Below, piece by piece: positions 18,968 to 27,643 of a DNA stretch of 64,000 nucleotides (its first letter is position 1; each line of letters opens with the position of its first letter). The stretch is from a virus. Where the stretch lies: IMG/VR virus record IMGVR_UViG_3300020469_000009; one strand, given 5' to 3'. The position numbers were made by a program, and so were the translations under genes. The notes under the pieces are model-generated. The model ran no database searches and was not told where the DNA came from. It saw only the letters and a program-made list of their open reading frames with translations.

Positions 18968-19543
18968 TTATATCGCTTTAGCTTTGTCGGCTAATTCCTT
19001 TGCTAAACTATTTAATCCTTTTGCTTCTTCTTTTAAAGCTTTGACTTGTGCCAAAAGGTCCTCTTTTTGTTCTTCAGCTGTAGGTTCAGGGATGTCTTCA
19101 GCAACTAACCCCATATCAGGATATGCTGCATTTACTACATCTTCTGTAATATCTGATATTTCACTTAGGTTTCCATCCTTGGCATGACATATCATTTCAG
19201 CTTCTTGTAAATCCAAAGCTTGAAGCATTTCAATAAACAAGTTTTCTCTTTTTAATTCAGGTAATTGTTTACCCTGTGCAGAGTTTACAAAACTAGGAAA
19301 TAGTTTTAGATAGGACCACAAGTTTTGTGGTGAGTCACCGTCTTTATCTTCTTTATCAAATGGTGGTTCACCTTCGGGTAGCATTGATTGAATAGACTTG
19401 TCAAAGTTCCATCTAAGTACATATTGTAATGGTGTGTGATTACTATACTTAGTTCTAATTAAGTCTACTTTTCTTTGTTTGGTGGTACAAGCATTTAGTT
19501 CTTCTAGAATTTCAAACACTTGCATGTCTTGTGGTTTTGTCAT
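18968..19543 (-). CDS. conserved T4-like hypothetical protein
   Basis: LPEGEPPF, KRENLFIEML. Confidence 0.75.
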   Translation of the reverse strand: MTKPQDMQVFEILEELNACTTKQRKVDLIRTKYSNHTPLQYVLRWNFDKSIQSMLPEGEPPFDKEDKDGDSPQNLWSYLKLFPSFVNSAQGKQLPELKRENLFIEMLQALDLQEAEMICHAKDGNLSEISDITEDVVNAAYPDMGLVAEDIPEPTAEEQKEDLLAQVKALKEEAKGLNSLAKELADKAKAI

Positions 19544-19553
19544 AATATAGTCC

Positions 19554-20090
19554 TTATAAATTTTTTCTTATTGTATCATATACTTTTTTAGCATTTCTTT
19601 GTAGCGGTCCTGGGAGACCTTTTTTAAATAAATCAAAGTCATCATCTGTTGCTGCCTGCCTCATTTTACTGGCTGACATTCCAGCTAAACCTTCTTCATC
19701 TGGGTCTCTTTGTCCCGCGCTTGTAATAGTTATACTATCAAAGTCATATTCTTTTCCATTATATTTATTTAAAAGTGACTCAAATTCTGATACTCTATCT
19801 GAACCTACTACCATATTAACACTATCAAAGCGTTTTTCTAGGTCTTTCATTAAATCAAATATATTGCGACCTTTGTGGTCTTGTACAATATTGCCAAATG
19901 CATTTTTAGCATATTTTAATTTGTCTCTGTATAATAGTGGATTTTTCTTTTTGTCTGATGTTTTAGACAAAAATACGTAAGGTGTACCTTTTACGATTTT
20001 ACTCACCTTACGTATTTTGTTTACCAGTTTTTCATGACCTACAGTGGGTGGATTCATTCTACCGAATGTAAAGACCGCTGTCTTCGCCAT
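19554..20090 (-). CDS. cytidyltransferase-like (HIGH) protein
   Basis: FTFGRMNPPTVGHEKL, VVGSDR, MSASKMR. Confidence 0.85.
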   Translation of the reverse strand: MAKTAVFTFGRMNPPTVGHEKLVNKIRKVSKIVKGTPYVFLSKTSDKKKNPLLYRDKLKYAKNAFGNIVQDHKGRNIFDLMKDLEKRFDSVNMVVGSDRVSEFESLLNKYNGKEYDFDSITITSAGQRDPDEEGLAGMSASKMRQAATDDDFDLFKKGLPGPLQRNAKKVYDTIRKNL

Positions 20091-20100
20091 ATTAAACTAC

Positions 20101-20751
20101 CTATATCTTGAATTTAGCTGTTGGTGCATCTACGACTGTTCCAGCAAATTCAATATCTTGACCTTTATGCTGTTGGTTTGAAGTAGTATATTTCCAAGCT
20201 GCTGTACCGTCAAAACCCTGCCAGTTTCCTGATACCGGACGAATCTGAATATCATTATTACCAGCTGTTTTACCAGTGACATAGCCTTCGTAATAAACTC
20301 CACCACCTTGAACTGCTACGACATAGTCTCCTACGCCACAATCAGAATCTCTAGTTGCGAATTTTAATGTGTATATACCATTTTCAACTTGAACATCAGT
20401 AGAAGTTCCTAGGTCTGTACCAAATACGCCCTCTCCATCAGAATCTGCAATAGATGTAGTTCCTTTTGATGAGTCGCCTTTCATGTACCAACCTGGCAGC
20501 GCTTCCAAGATTTCTAATGATTTGACTGTTCCTTTGTTTCCATCGGAATCCGAAGTTGCTACAGTATTTGGGCTTGCTTTTCTAGAAGTGACTGCATGTG
20601 TGACTCCAAAACCGCCGACTGTAGCTAACGTATTATCGTCAGAATCAGTAGTCCCCGTGGTAGTCGTATCAACAGAGCCCACGTACTGCAGAGCTGTCTC
20701 TGAGTCTGAACCTCTAAATACGAATGGTTTTCTATAACCTTTATATGCCAT
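20101..20751 (-). CDS. Thr/Gly/Asp-rich putative virion protein with repeated D-S-[D/E]
   Basis: 5 DS[DE] motifs; AAGGAG RBS; late-like AATAAATA upstream. Confidence 0.65.
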   Translation of the reverse strand: MAYKGYRKPFVFRGSDSETALQYVGSVDTTTTGTTDSDDNTLATVGGFGVTHAVTSRKASPNTVATSDSDGNKGTVKSLEILEALPGWYMKGDSSKGTTSIADSDGEGVFGTDLGTSTDVQVENGIYTLKFATRDSDCGVGDYVVAVQGGGVYYEGYVTGKTAGNNDIQIRPVSGNWQGFDGTAAWKYTTSNQQHKGQDIEFAGTVVDAPTAKFKI

Positions 20752-20796
20752 TTGGAGTCTCCTTAAAATTAAATGTTATTGTCGACAGTCTATTTA

Positions 20797-21648
20797 TTAA
20801 TGTCGAATCTCAAAATCGTCTAAAGATTCAAGGAGAAGCTTCATTTTGTGCTTCATAAGGTAGTTCATCCACAACTGAATGTTGCCTTTTGACTCTGTAT
20901 TGAACTGTTCTTCTATTTGATTCTTGTATTCAGGTGGTGTCATTTGTAAATCAATTAAGTCTTTATTGCGTATCCAGTTTTTTTGGATTTTTGTAGGCCA
21001 ATCATTTGGGTCTGTGTCCAATAGTCTTAATTGTTTTTGTGTGACTGGTGTTTGTCTTGCACCTTCTGTAATTAGAACTTCATCATCAGATAATATGTTT
21101 GGTACACCATCACCTGTATCACCTTTGATAATCTTTAACCTTAGTTCATCTACAGCATTATTACACTTTACCCATTTCTTTTGGATATTTGAAAATTGTG
21201 CAACATTATCATAACACTGTAGCTGTTTGAAATCATTATCTGGTGATACAATTAATATATGGTCATTGTTTTTATGTTCATTGTGTACAATCCAACCAAT
21301 TGCATCATCGGCTTCACAGCCATCTACAAATATGCATCTATATGGACTAAGTTCAATAATATCTTCACGTACTTGATTAACCATTTTAAAGATACCATTC
21401 CAATCATGTATGCTATTATCACGACCTTTGCGTCTACTAGCTTTATATGGTGGAAACTGCTGTCTACGCCAAGAATTACCAGCATCAAAACATATTACAG
21501 TCTCTCCGTACTTGCCTCTATAATCAACATTATACTTACGTATAATATTCAACATTGTGTGGCGAATTAAGTCTTTATCTTCATCATAATCATCAATACG
21601 TGGGAATATTGACGACATTGCAATACTACTAAAATCTAATAGAATCAT
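20797..21648 (-). CDS. rnh: T4 RNase H (5'-3' exonuclease)
   Basis: MILLDFS, WRR..FPPYKASR, EADD, SPDNDF.QL, GDTGDGVPN. Confidence 0.92.
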   Translation of the reverse strand: MILLDFSSIAMSSIFPRIDDYDEDKDLIRHTMLNIIRKYNVDYRGKYGETVICFDAGNSWRRQQFPPYKASRRKGRDNSIHDWNGIFKMVNQVREDIIELSPYRCIFVDGCEADDAIGWIVHNEHKNNDHILIVSPDNDFKQLQCYDNVAQFSNIQKKWVKCNNAVDELRLKIIKGDTGDGVPNILSDDEVLITEGARQTPVTQKQLRLLDTDPNDWPTKIQKNWIRNKDLIDLQMTPPEYKNQIEEQFNTESKGNIQLWMNYLMKHKMKLLLESLDDFEIRH

Positions 21649-21675
21649 ATTATCTCCTTTGCTATTAGAATTATA

Positions 21676-23046
21676 CTAGTTCCAATCGATATTTAATGAT
21701 GGCTGTGGAGTTGATGCTTGTTTACCTGCTGTATTTTGAGCTTCTATGTGAGAAGGTTGGTCTTTAATATCAGTGACTTTCATATGTTCATAATCGACAC
21801 CCAACAGCCAGTTACGTCTGTCTGCTGGGTCACCATATCGATTTTTAAGTTGACTAAACCTGATTAAGTTATCATCTCTTAATTGGTCATTTGTAGTCAT
21901 AGCAAAGAAATAATCTGCAGTCATTGGTAAACCAAAAGACTCTGATACATCAGTCATACCGACATCAGCATCAGTCATACCTTGCCTATTTGTTTGAGTT
22001 GCTGTAAGAATAGGAATATTAAATTCCATAGCCATTGCTCTTAATTCTTCAGCAATTGCTTTGATTTTTTCATAACTATTTGCATTCTTAGATACGCTTA
22101 GTGAATTACAAATATTAAGGTAATCAATACAAATTAACTCAGGAACAAAATTCTTTTTCATATCAAGTTCTTTTAATAAACTTCTAAAGTGTGCTGCCGT
22201 TGGCATACCAGTTGGATATTCTTTTACAATTAACTTACCTTGTGTTTTAGTTCTAAGATTTTGAAACCTTTTTAAGAAACTATCTTTACCAATACTATCA
22301 AGTTCTTCTTGTGTCATATCAAGTAAATTTTGGTCAATACGTTGTGCAATTTTTTCTTCAGCCATTTCCATAGAAATATACAAAACATTTCTACCACGTT
22401 CTAGTAAACTAGATGATATTGAACACATAAATAAAGACTTACCAACACCTGTACCAGCCATAATTACACCAAGTGTTTTTTCTGGTATACCGCCACGTAA
22501 AATATAATCTATATGTTCTAAACCTGTTTCTAATTTGTTTTCTTTCTTATTATAGTAATCCCATCTTTCTTCAACTTCATCTGTATAATCATGACCAACT
22601 GATTTATCAAATGATGTTGCAATTGCGTCATGTAATAATTCAGGTAATGCTGTCATAGGTGTTTTCTTATCATCACCACCAATAACATTTACCGCTTGAT
22701 AAACTGCATTTACAATGGCTCTTTCTTGACACCAAGATTCTGTTTTATTTACCAACCATTCTGTTTTATTAATAGGTTCTACTTTCTTTGTAAGAAACTC
22801 TTGTACTGAATTGTAAATAGGTTCAGTCAAATCAGTTCTTGATTCAACTTCAATTTGTAATGCTGTGGAATTAGGTAATGAATTGTTCTTGTTAAAGTAT
22901 CTAACAATCTCTTCAAATATTACCTTTTCATGTTTTTCAGAAAAGTAATCATCTTTTACAAATGGTGCAACTTTACGACAGTACTCTTCATTTACCATCA
23001 TATTGTATAGTATGCCTTTTCGTAACTCTGATGAATCAATACTCAT
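21676..23046 (-). CDS. gp41: replicative DNA helicase gp41
   Basis: AGTGVGKS, SMEMAEE, IDYL, TATQTNR, SESFGLP, KNRYG. Confidence 0.95.
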   Translation of the reverse strand: MSIDSSELRKGILYNMMVNEEYCRKVAPFVKDDYFSEKHEKVIFEEIVRYFNKNNSLPNSTALQIEVESRTDLTEPIYNSVQEFLTKKVEPINKTEWLVNKTESWCQERAIVNAVYQAVNVIGGDDKKTPMTALPELLHDAIATSFDKSVGHDYTDEVEERWDYYNKKENKLETGLEHIDYILRGGIPEKTLGVIMAGTGVGKSLFMCSISSSLLERGRNVLYISMEMAEEKIAQRIDQNLLDMTQEELDSIGKDSFLKRFQNLRTKTQGKLIVKEYPTGMPTAAHFRSLLKELDMKKNFVPELICIDYLNICNSLSVSKNANSYEKIKAIAEELRAMAMEFNIPILTATQTNRQGMTDADVGMTDVSESFGLPMTADYFFAMTTNDQLRDDNLIRFSQLKNRYGDPADRRNWLLGVDYEHMKVTDIKDQPSHIEAQNTAGKQASTPQPSLNIDWN

Positions 23047-23342
23047 ATATCAGTAATAATACTTGGTGCTTCGTTCTTTTTAACATTTAATATATCTGCT
23101 ATAATATCACTAGCCATATTTTGAAATTTATCTTCTCTTGCATATTTTTCAGCATCTTCTACAGTTAAGAACTCTACTTGGAAATTAAATTTATCTCCAT
23201 CTAAACTCATATCAACTGGTCTCCAAGTGACATTTTCATATTTATGACCCTTGCCAGTGATTTTTATCCATTCACCACCTTCTGGGTCTACCCACGCTTT
23301 AAAATTTTTAGGATTTTGTTTTGACATTCCACGGCCTTTCAT
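23043..23342 (-). CDS. hypothetical protein, possibly gp40-like
   Basis: small ORF in the uvsX-gp41 interval, where T4 has gene 40. Confidence 0.5.
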   Translation of the reverse strand: MKGRGMSKQNPKNFKAWVDPEGGEWIKITGKGHKYENVTWRPVDMSLDGDKFNFQVEFLTVEDAEKYAREDKFQNMASDIIADILNVKKNEAPSIITDI

Positions 23343-24150
23343 AGTTAATTGTTGTTAAAAATTCGTCTGTAAATACTCCATCAACCCGTATTGTATAGGT
23401 CCATTTAGGACTTGGGTCGACACCGTGGTAATTAAGGTCATGAAACACATAACAATTACTATCCACGTAATGCTGTTTATCGTTTTCTTGGTCATAAATA
23501 AATCCTTTTTTCTCCATATTAGGACTAATCATTATTGAATTATGGTCTTCTAACATTACAAAGGGATTATTATCTCTATGTACTGTCACATGTTGGCAAC
23601 TATCTACTCCAAATATATTAATTCTACCTATTTGTTTAAATGGTAATTTTTCTAATATCCAATCTATTAAAAATGGGAAATACTTTTTTGCTTCTGCTCT
23701 GATGTATTTTCCTGCTGTAGAGCTTTGTTCATTCCAGGGGGACCACATGATTGGATATACGTCTCTCCAAGGATAGTAAGCTCCTTTTTTATACTTGATA
23801 TATTTTTCAAGAATTTTCTGTTTCTTATAATCATTTTCAGGTAATGTTTTAACTCTATGTATTTCTTCATCATATAATTTTGCTCTTGCATATTTGACAT
23901 CTAAATAATCACTGTCAAAGAATTTTGTAAATGCATCTCCTCTAGAATAATCATCACCTACACTAAATATAAGGTCATCACTTCTAGCCATACCCCAGCA
24001 AACTTCATCATTAATTTTAACTGCAGCATCTTTTGTTAATAAATCTAAATGATGAAATGGTTTACCATTGATTTTGATTAAAGGCTGTATTCTTTTTTTC
24101 TTTGGAGGATTTGCAATAAAATCATCTCTAGACTTAAATTGATAATCCAT
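23308..24150 (-). CDS. cupin/2OG-Fe(II) oxygenase-like protein
   Basis: VHRD...YHGVD...TIRVDG. Confidence 0.6.
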   Translation of the reverse strand: MDYQFKSRDDFIANPPKKKRIQPLIKINGKPFHHLDLLTKDAAVKINDEVCWGMARSDDLIFSVGDDYSRGDAFTKFFDSDYLDVKYARAKLYDEEIHRVKTLPENDYKKQKILEKYIKYKKGAYYPWRDVYPIMWSPWNEQSSTAGKYIRAEAKKYFPFLIDWILEKLPFKQIGRINIFGVDSCQHVTVHRDNNPFVMLEDHNSIMISPNMEKKGFIYDQENDKQHYVDSNCYVFHDLNYHGVDPSPKWTYTIRVDGVFTDEFLTTINYERPWNVKTKS

Positions 24151-25202
24151 TACTCTTCTTCTACTTCTTCTACTTCCTCTACCACTGCTTTTGTACTAGT
24201 ACCAATTGCATATCTATCTTTAATTGCATCAGCAAAACCAGCTTTAAACATAGGAATCCAAAATTCAGAATGTGATGTATCAGCTTTACGCTTTTTATCT
24301 GTAATTACTTCACCCGTTTTAGGATTAGTACCTTCAAACCAACCTACTGAAGGTTTGTTTACCCAGCCTAATTCTAATCCAATGTCAAGTAAACCAGACC
24401 ATTTGTTAATACCACCTTCCCAGGTGACACTTAAAGGTAATCTAGTTTTTTCTCTTACAAATCTAGATTTTTCTACACCCATCATAAAGTGATAACCTGC
24501 TATTTCAGTACCTTCTTTTTCTTGCTGCCTACCCATAAATAATATTTGATTTGCAGAATAGTAAATACCAGTACCACCACCCATTACATCTTTAGGAAAC
24601 ATTCCAATCTCTTTATAAGTGTGATTGACTGCAACTAAAGGTATATCTCTTGTTGTAAGATAAGGTGTACAAATTCTAAATAATGATTTAAGTGCTTTAG
24701 CTCTTGACATATCTGCTACTGATTTACCATCAAGTGCATCTTCTAATTCTTTTTTAGATGCTAAATTACCGACTGAATCAATTACAATAATAACTTTATC
24801 ACCTTTATCTATTTCTTCTAATTGTTTTGTAATATCAAACTTAAGTTGTTCTACATGTTCAATTGGTGTGTGTATACATCTTTGTGGGTCTACACCCATA
24901 CTTTCTAAGTATTCAGGTGTGATACCAAACTCTGTATCATATAATAAACAAACAGCTTCTGGATATTTTTTCATATAAGCATGAGCCATAAGTAATGCCA
25001 GGTTTGATTTGAAATGTTTTGATGGACCTGCTAAGACAGTAAGTCCAGGTGTTAATCCTCCATCAATAGAACCAGATAATGCAATATTCAAAACCGGTAC
25101 ATCTGTTGGTACCATATCTTTTTTATTGAATAATGCTGAATCTGATAAGACTGCTGTGGATTTTACGGTTGAAGTTTTTTTAAGCTTTTCTAGTAGCGAC
25201 AT
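24150..25202 (-). CDS. uvsX: RecA-like recombinase UvsX
   Basis: AGPSKHFKS, YDTEFG, IDSVGNLASKKE, DMSRAK. Confidence 0.95.
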   Translation of the reverse strand: MSLLEKLKKTSTVKSTAVLSDSALFNKKDMVPTDVPVLNIALSGSIDGGLTPGLTVLAGPSKHFKSNLALLMAHAYMKKYPEAVCLLYDTEFGITPEYLESMGVDPQRCIHTPIEHVEQLKFDITKQLEEIDKGDKVIIVIDSVGNLASKKELEDALDGKSVADMSRAKALKSLFRICTPYLTTRDIPLVAVNHTYKEIGMFPKDVMGGGTGIYYSANQILFMGRQQEKEGTEIAGYHFMMGVEKSRFVREKTRLPLSVTWEGGINKWSGLLDIGLELGWVNKPSVGWFEGTNPKTGEVITDKKRKADTSHSEFWIPMFKAGFADAIKDRYAIGTSTKAVVEEVEEVEEE

Positions 25203-25217
25203 AATGTTTCCTTTGTT

Positions 25218-25260
25218 GGTTGTTTTATTCAGCGTATACCAACGCCGTACTATATTTATA
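25218..25260 (-). promoter_or_regulatory. late promoter plus conserved leader motif, copy A (uvsX leader)
   Basis: TATAAATA-N9-GTTGGTATA-N8-AAAACAACC; same layout at 43045-43087. Confidence 0.75.
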
Positions 25261-25283
25261 CCACTACTAGAAGCTTTTTTATG

Positions 25284-25712
25284 TTAGCCTTTGAGATATT
25301 CAGGCTCACCTTTATTAATCTTAATGGCTTTGGGCTTCTTTTCTTCTGGAAGCTTATATTCCAATTCGACTACTAACAAACCATTTGTAATGGCTGCATT
25401 GGTGACTTCAATATATTCTTGAAGTTTAAAAGTCTTAACAAATTTACGAGATGAAATACCTTTGTGTAAATATTCTTTCTCTTTGCCATCAACTTTGCCT
25501 GTGATGATTAACTCGCCATCTTTGACTGTGACATCAATATCTTTCTCACCAAAACCAGCAATAGCAAGTTCGATTGCGAACTTATCTTCACCTGTTTTTA
25601 CAATATTGTGTGGTGGATAGGACTCGATGTTTGTCCAGTGTGTTGAGTTTAATTCATCGAAAAGACGGTCAAATCCAATAAAGGCAGACCGCGGGAATGT
25701 AATTGCGTTCAT
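25284..25712 (-). CDS. hsp20: small heat-shock protein Hsp20
   Basis: IGFDRLF, YPPHNI, IELAIAGF, YLHKGISSRKF, NGLL; AAGGAGG RBS places the start at 25712. Confidence 0.93.
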   Translation of the reverse strand: MNAITFPRSAFIGFDRLFDELNSTHWTNIESYPPHNIVKTGEDKFAIELAIAGFGEKDIDVTVKDGELIITGKVDGKEKEYLHKGISSRKFVKTFKLQEYIEVTNAAITNGLLVVELEYKLPEEKKPKAIKINKGEPEYLKG

Positions 25713-25768
25713 AGTTTCCTCCTTATTAAGCAAGTTTACAAATGAGTCCCATAATTGGCAACTCGTAT

Positions 25769-25776
25769 TATTTATA
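25769..25776 (-). promoter_or_regulatory. T4-type late promoter upstream of hsp20
   Basis: TATAAATA. Confidence 0.75.
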
Positions 25777-25838
25777 CTATATGGTGGTCTGTTTTTAGGT
25801 GATATCTATGCTACAACTTCGGTTGAAATTGTTTTTAC

Positions 25839-25982
25839 TTAGTAGTAGCCGTAGTTCCCTATTAATGCGAGTATCATGGGCATAGTAATAGTGCCAATCA
25901 AAATCGAGAAATCTCTGATCAATTCACAAACTCTACAGGTTTTGGGATGCTCGGCTTTCCATGTTTTATAGTAAGCTTTCAC
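25839..25982 (-). CDS. 47-aa CxxC membrane peptide (not in ORF track)
   Basis: GTG start; KAYYKTWKAEHPKTCRVCELIRDFSILIGTITMPMILALIGNYGYY. Confidence 0.6.
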   Translation of the reverse strand: MKAYYKTWKAEHPKTCRVCELIRDFSILIGTITMPMILALIGNYGYY

Positions 25983-26063
25983 GTAAATATTTAATAGAAT
26001 TATACTGAGCCCTAGGGCTTTATGATTAATAATTAATTGCCATTATGGCAAATGATCTAAGAA

Positions 26064-26201
26064 TCATTCTTTTAATAACTTTTGGTTATATTTCTTTTTG
26101 CGTGGTATTTGTTTCTTTTTGTTAGGCTCAACTTTATGACCATACGGTTTGTCATGGTCAAATAAAACTTTATGTGTTCTTGTTTTATATTTTTGTGCCA
26201 A
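26064..26201 (-). CDS. 45-aa basic peptide, ArfA-like (not in ORF track)
   Basis: TTG start; THKVLFDHDKPYGHKVEPNKKKQIPRKKKY. Confidence 0.55.
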   Translation of the reverse strand: MAQKYKTRTHKVLFDHDKPYGHKVEPNKKKQIPRKKKYNQKLLKE

Positions 26202-26538
26202 CGGTTCTTCTCACTATATCGTTGTGGTTAAATTCCGCCCAATATAGTTCAAATGCAACACCGTCTTCAATACCTTCAAATTGATGAACCTTACCAGGTT
26301 TTACCTGTGTAAATTCTCCTGGTCCCAAGATAGTTTCATCTACTAATCCTTCTTGGTCTTCTTGCCATACTCTAATTAGCATTTTTCCTGATTCCACAAA
26401 GAAACCATTCCATTTGAATTTATGTTCATGTTCACTACATTTATATCCCGCTTTGTACTCTATGCGGTGGAATTCAAGTGCGCCGTTAGCAGCTATCAGC
26501 TCAGTTTGACCCCAAATTTTTCCAGCTTTGATACTCAT
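26185..26538 (-). CDS. cupin domain protein
   Basis: KAGKIWG, CSEHEH, FFVESG, PGKVHQF. Confidence 0.85.
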   Translation of the reverse strand: MSIKAGKIWGQTELIAANGALEFHRIEYKAGYKCSEHEHKFKWNGFFVESGKMLIRVWQEDQEGLVDETILGPGEFTQVKPGKVHQFEGIEDGVAFELYWAEFNHNDIVRRTVGTKI

Positions 26539-26573
26539 AATAAATATAATACTTATATAATGGAGTATTTATT

Positions 26574-26903
26574 ATGGCGAGCAAAAAAAATCATAGAGTC
26601 TATGTGACTTATTTTCCTGATGGCAGATATTATATTGGATATTCAGGTAAGACAGAAAAACAGTTTGAAAAGTATTTTGGTAGCAGTACACTTATTAAAG
26701 AGTATACTGAGGATGACTTATTTAAAGAAGTTATCTTTGAAAGTGAGAAAAAGAATGAAGCTAAAGTACAAGAGTTCTTACTTCAATGGCAGCAAAGAGA
26801 TGACCCTGATTGTTTAAATGATATGATACATATAAGACTTAGATTAAAACACTTAAAAGAATTTACACCAATAAGATGGGAGCCTAGAGACCAACCTGTA
26901 TGA
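26574..26903 (+). CDS. GIY-YIG (Seg-like) nuclease domain, stand-alone
   Basis: RVY...YYIG...YFGSS...E...LN. Confidence 0.7.
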   Translation: MASKKNHRVYVTYFPDGRYYIGYSGKTEKQFEKYFGSSTLIKEYTEDDLFKEVIFESEKKNEAKVQEFLLQWQQRDDPDCLNDMIHIRLRLKHLKEFTPIRWEPRDQPV

Positions 26904-27643
26904 CAATATCAAATGTACCTAATTGGAAACAATTCGAAATAGATGGCTGGCAAGAATGCTGTGCTGAACTAAAAGAATTTGTTTTACATAAAAAACCTGA
27001 AATTGCATTAGGTATGAGCTTAATGGTGTGGCGTAGATGTTGGCCACAGCCTTACTTACAATTACCAGAAGAATGTCCTAAATTATGGGATTTACTAGAA
27101 CCTACATTTGGTAAAATACGACAAGTAGGTTTTTTTGTAATGCATGATAAATGGACTGCAATACACACTGATAATTATGATGCTATTGCCGATGGTAAAG
27201 GTGCAGCTGGTAGACGTATTAATATGCCAGTTATGAATTGCGAACAATCTGTCACCAGATTTTGGAAACAAAAACCTGTAGAAATATTAGAACAAAATAT
27301 GAAAGATGAAGAACCTCATGATAGAAATGTAAATGGTGCAAGAGTAGCTGTGTCACTTGCAAGTGTAGATGATGATGCACAGGGCCAAAGCCCAGAATGG
27401 GTAGCCGATAGATTAGGTGCTGAAAATTTAAAATGGAAACCAACTAGAATATTAATGCCTGATGGAACTCACTATAATAACTTTGCATATAAAAATATGT
27501 TAGAAATAGATTCAGTTGTAGTAGATAAACCAACAATATTAAGAGTAGATGTACCTCATAATGTGACTGTGACAGGTTGGAATTTTCCAAGAGTCACTGT
27601 GACTGTAGGATTTGAAGATGAAGAACTGCTGGAAACATATTAA
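26900..27643 (+). CDS. 2OG-Fe(II) oxygenase-like paralog 1
   Basis: IHTD, RINMPVMN, LRVDVPHNV, FPR. Confidence 0.7.
   Translation: MTISNVPNWKQFEIDGWQECCAELKEFVLHKKPEIALGMSLMVWRRCWPQPYLQLPEECPKLWDLLEPTFGKIRQVGFFVMHDKWTAIHTDNYDAIADGKGAAGRRINMPVMNCEQSVTRFWKQKPVEILEQNMKDEEPHDRNVNGARVAVSLASVDDDAQGQSPEWVADRLGAENLKWKPTRILMPDGTHYNNFAYKNMLEIDSVVVDKPTILRVDVPHNVTVTGWNFPRVTVTVGFEDEELLETY

Noticed and set aside
25218-25250. Leader motif as a preQ1-I riboswitch
   Set aside because: Similar size and topology, but it lacks the UUC loop and AAAAAACUA tail, and no queuosine genes are adjacent.
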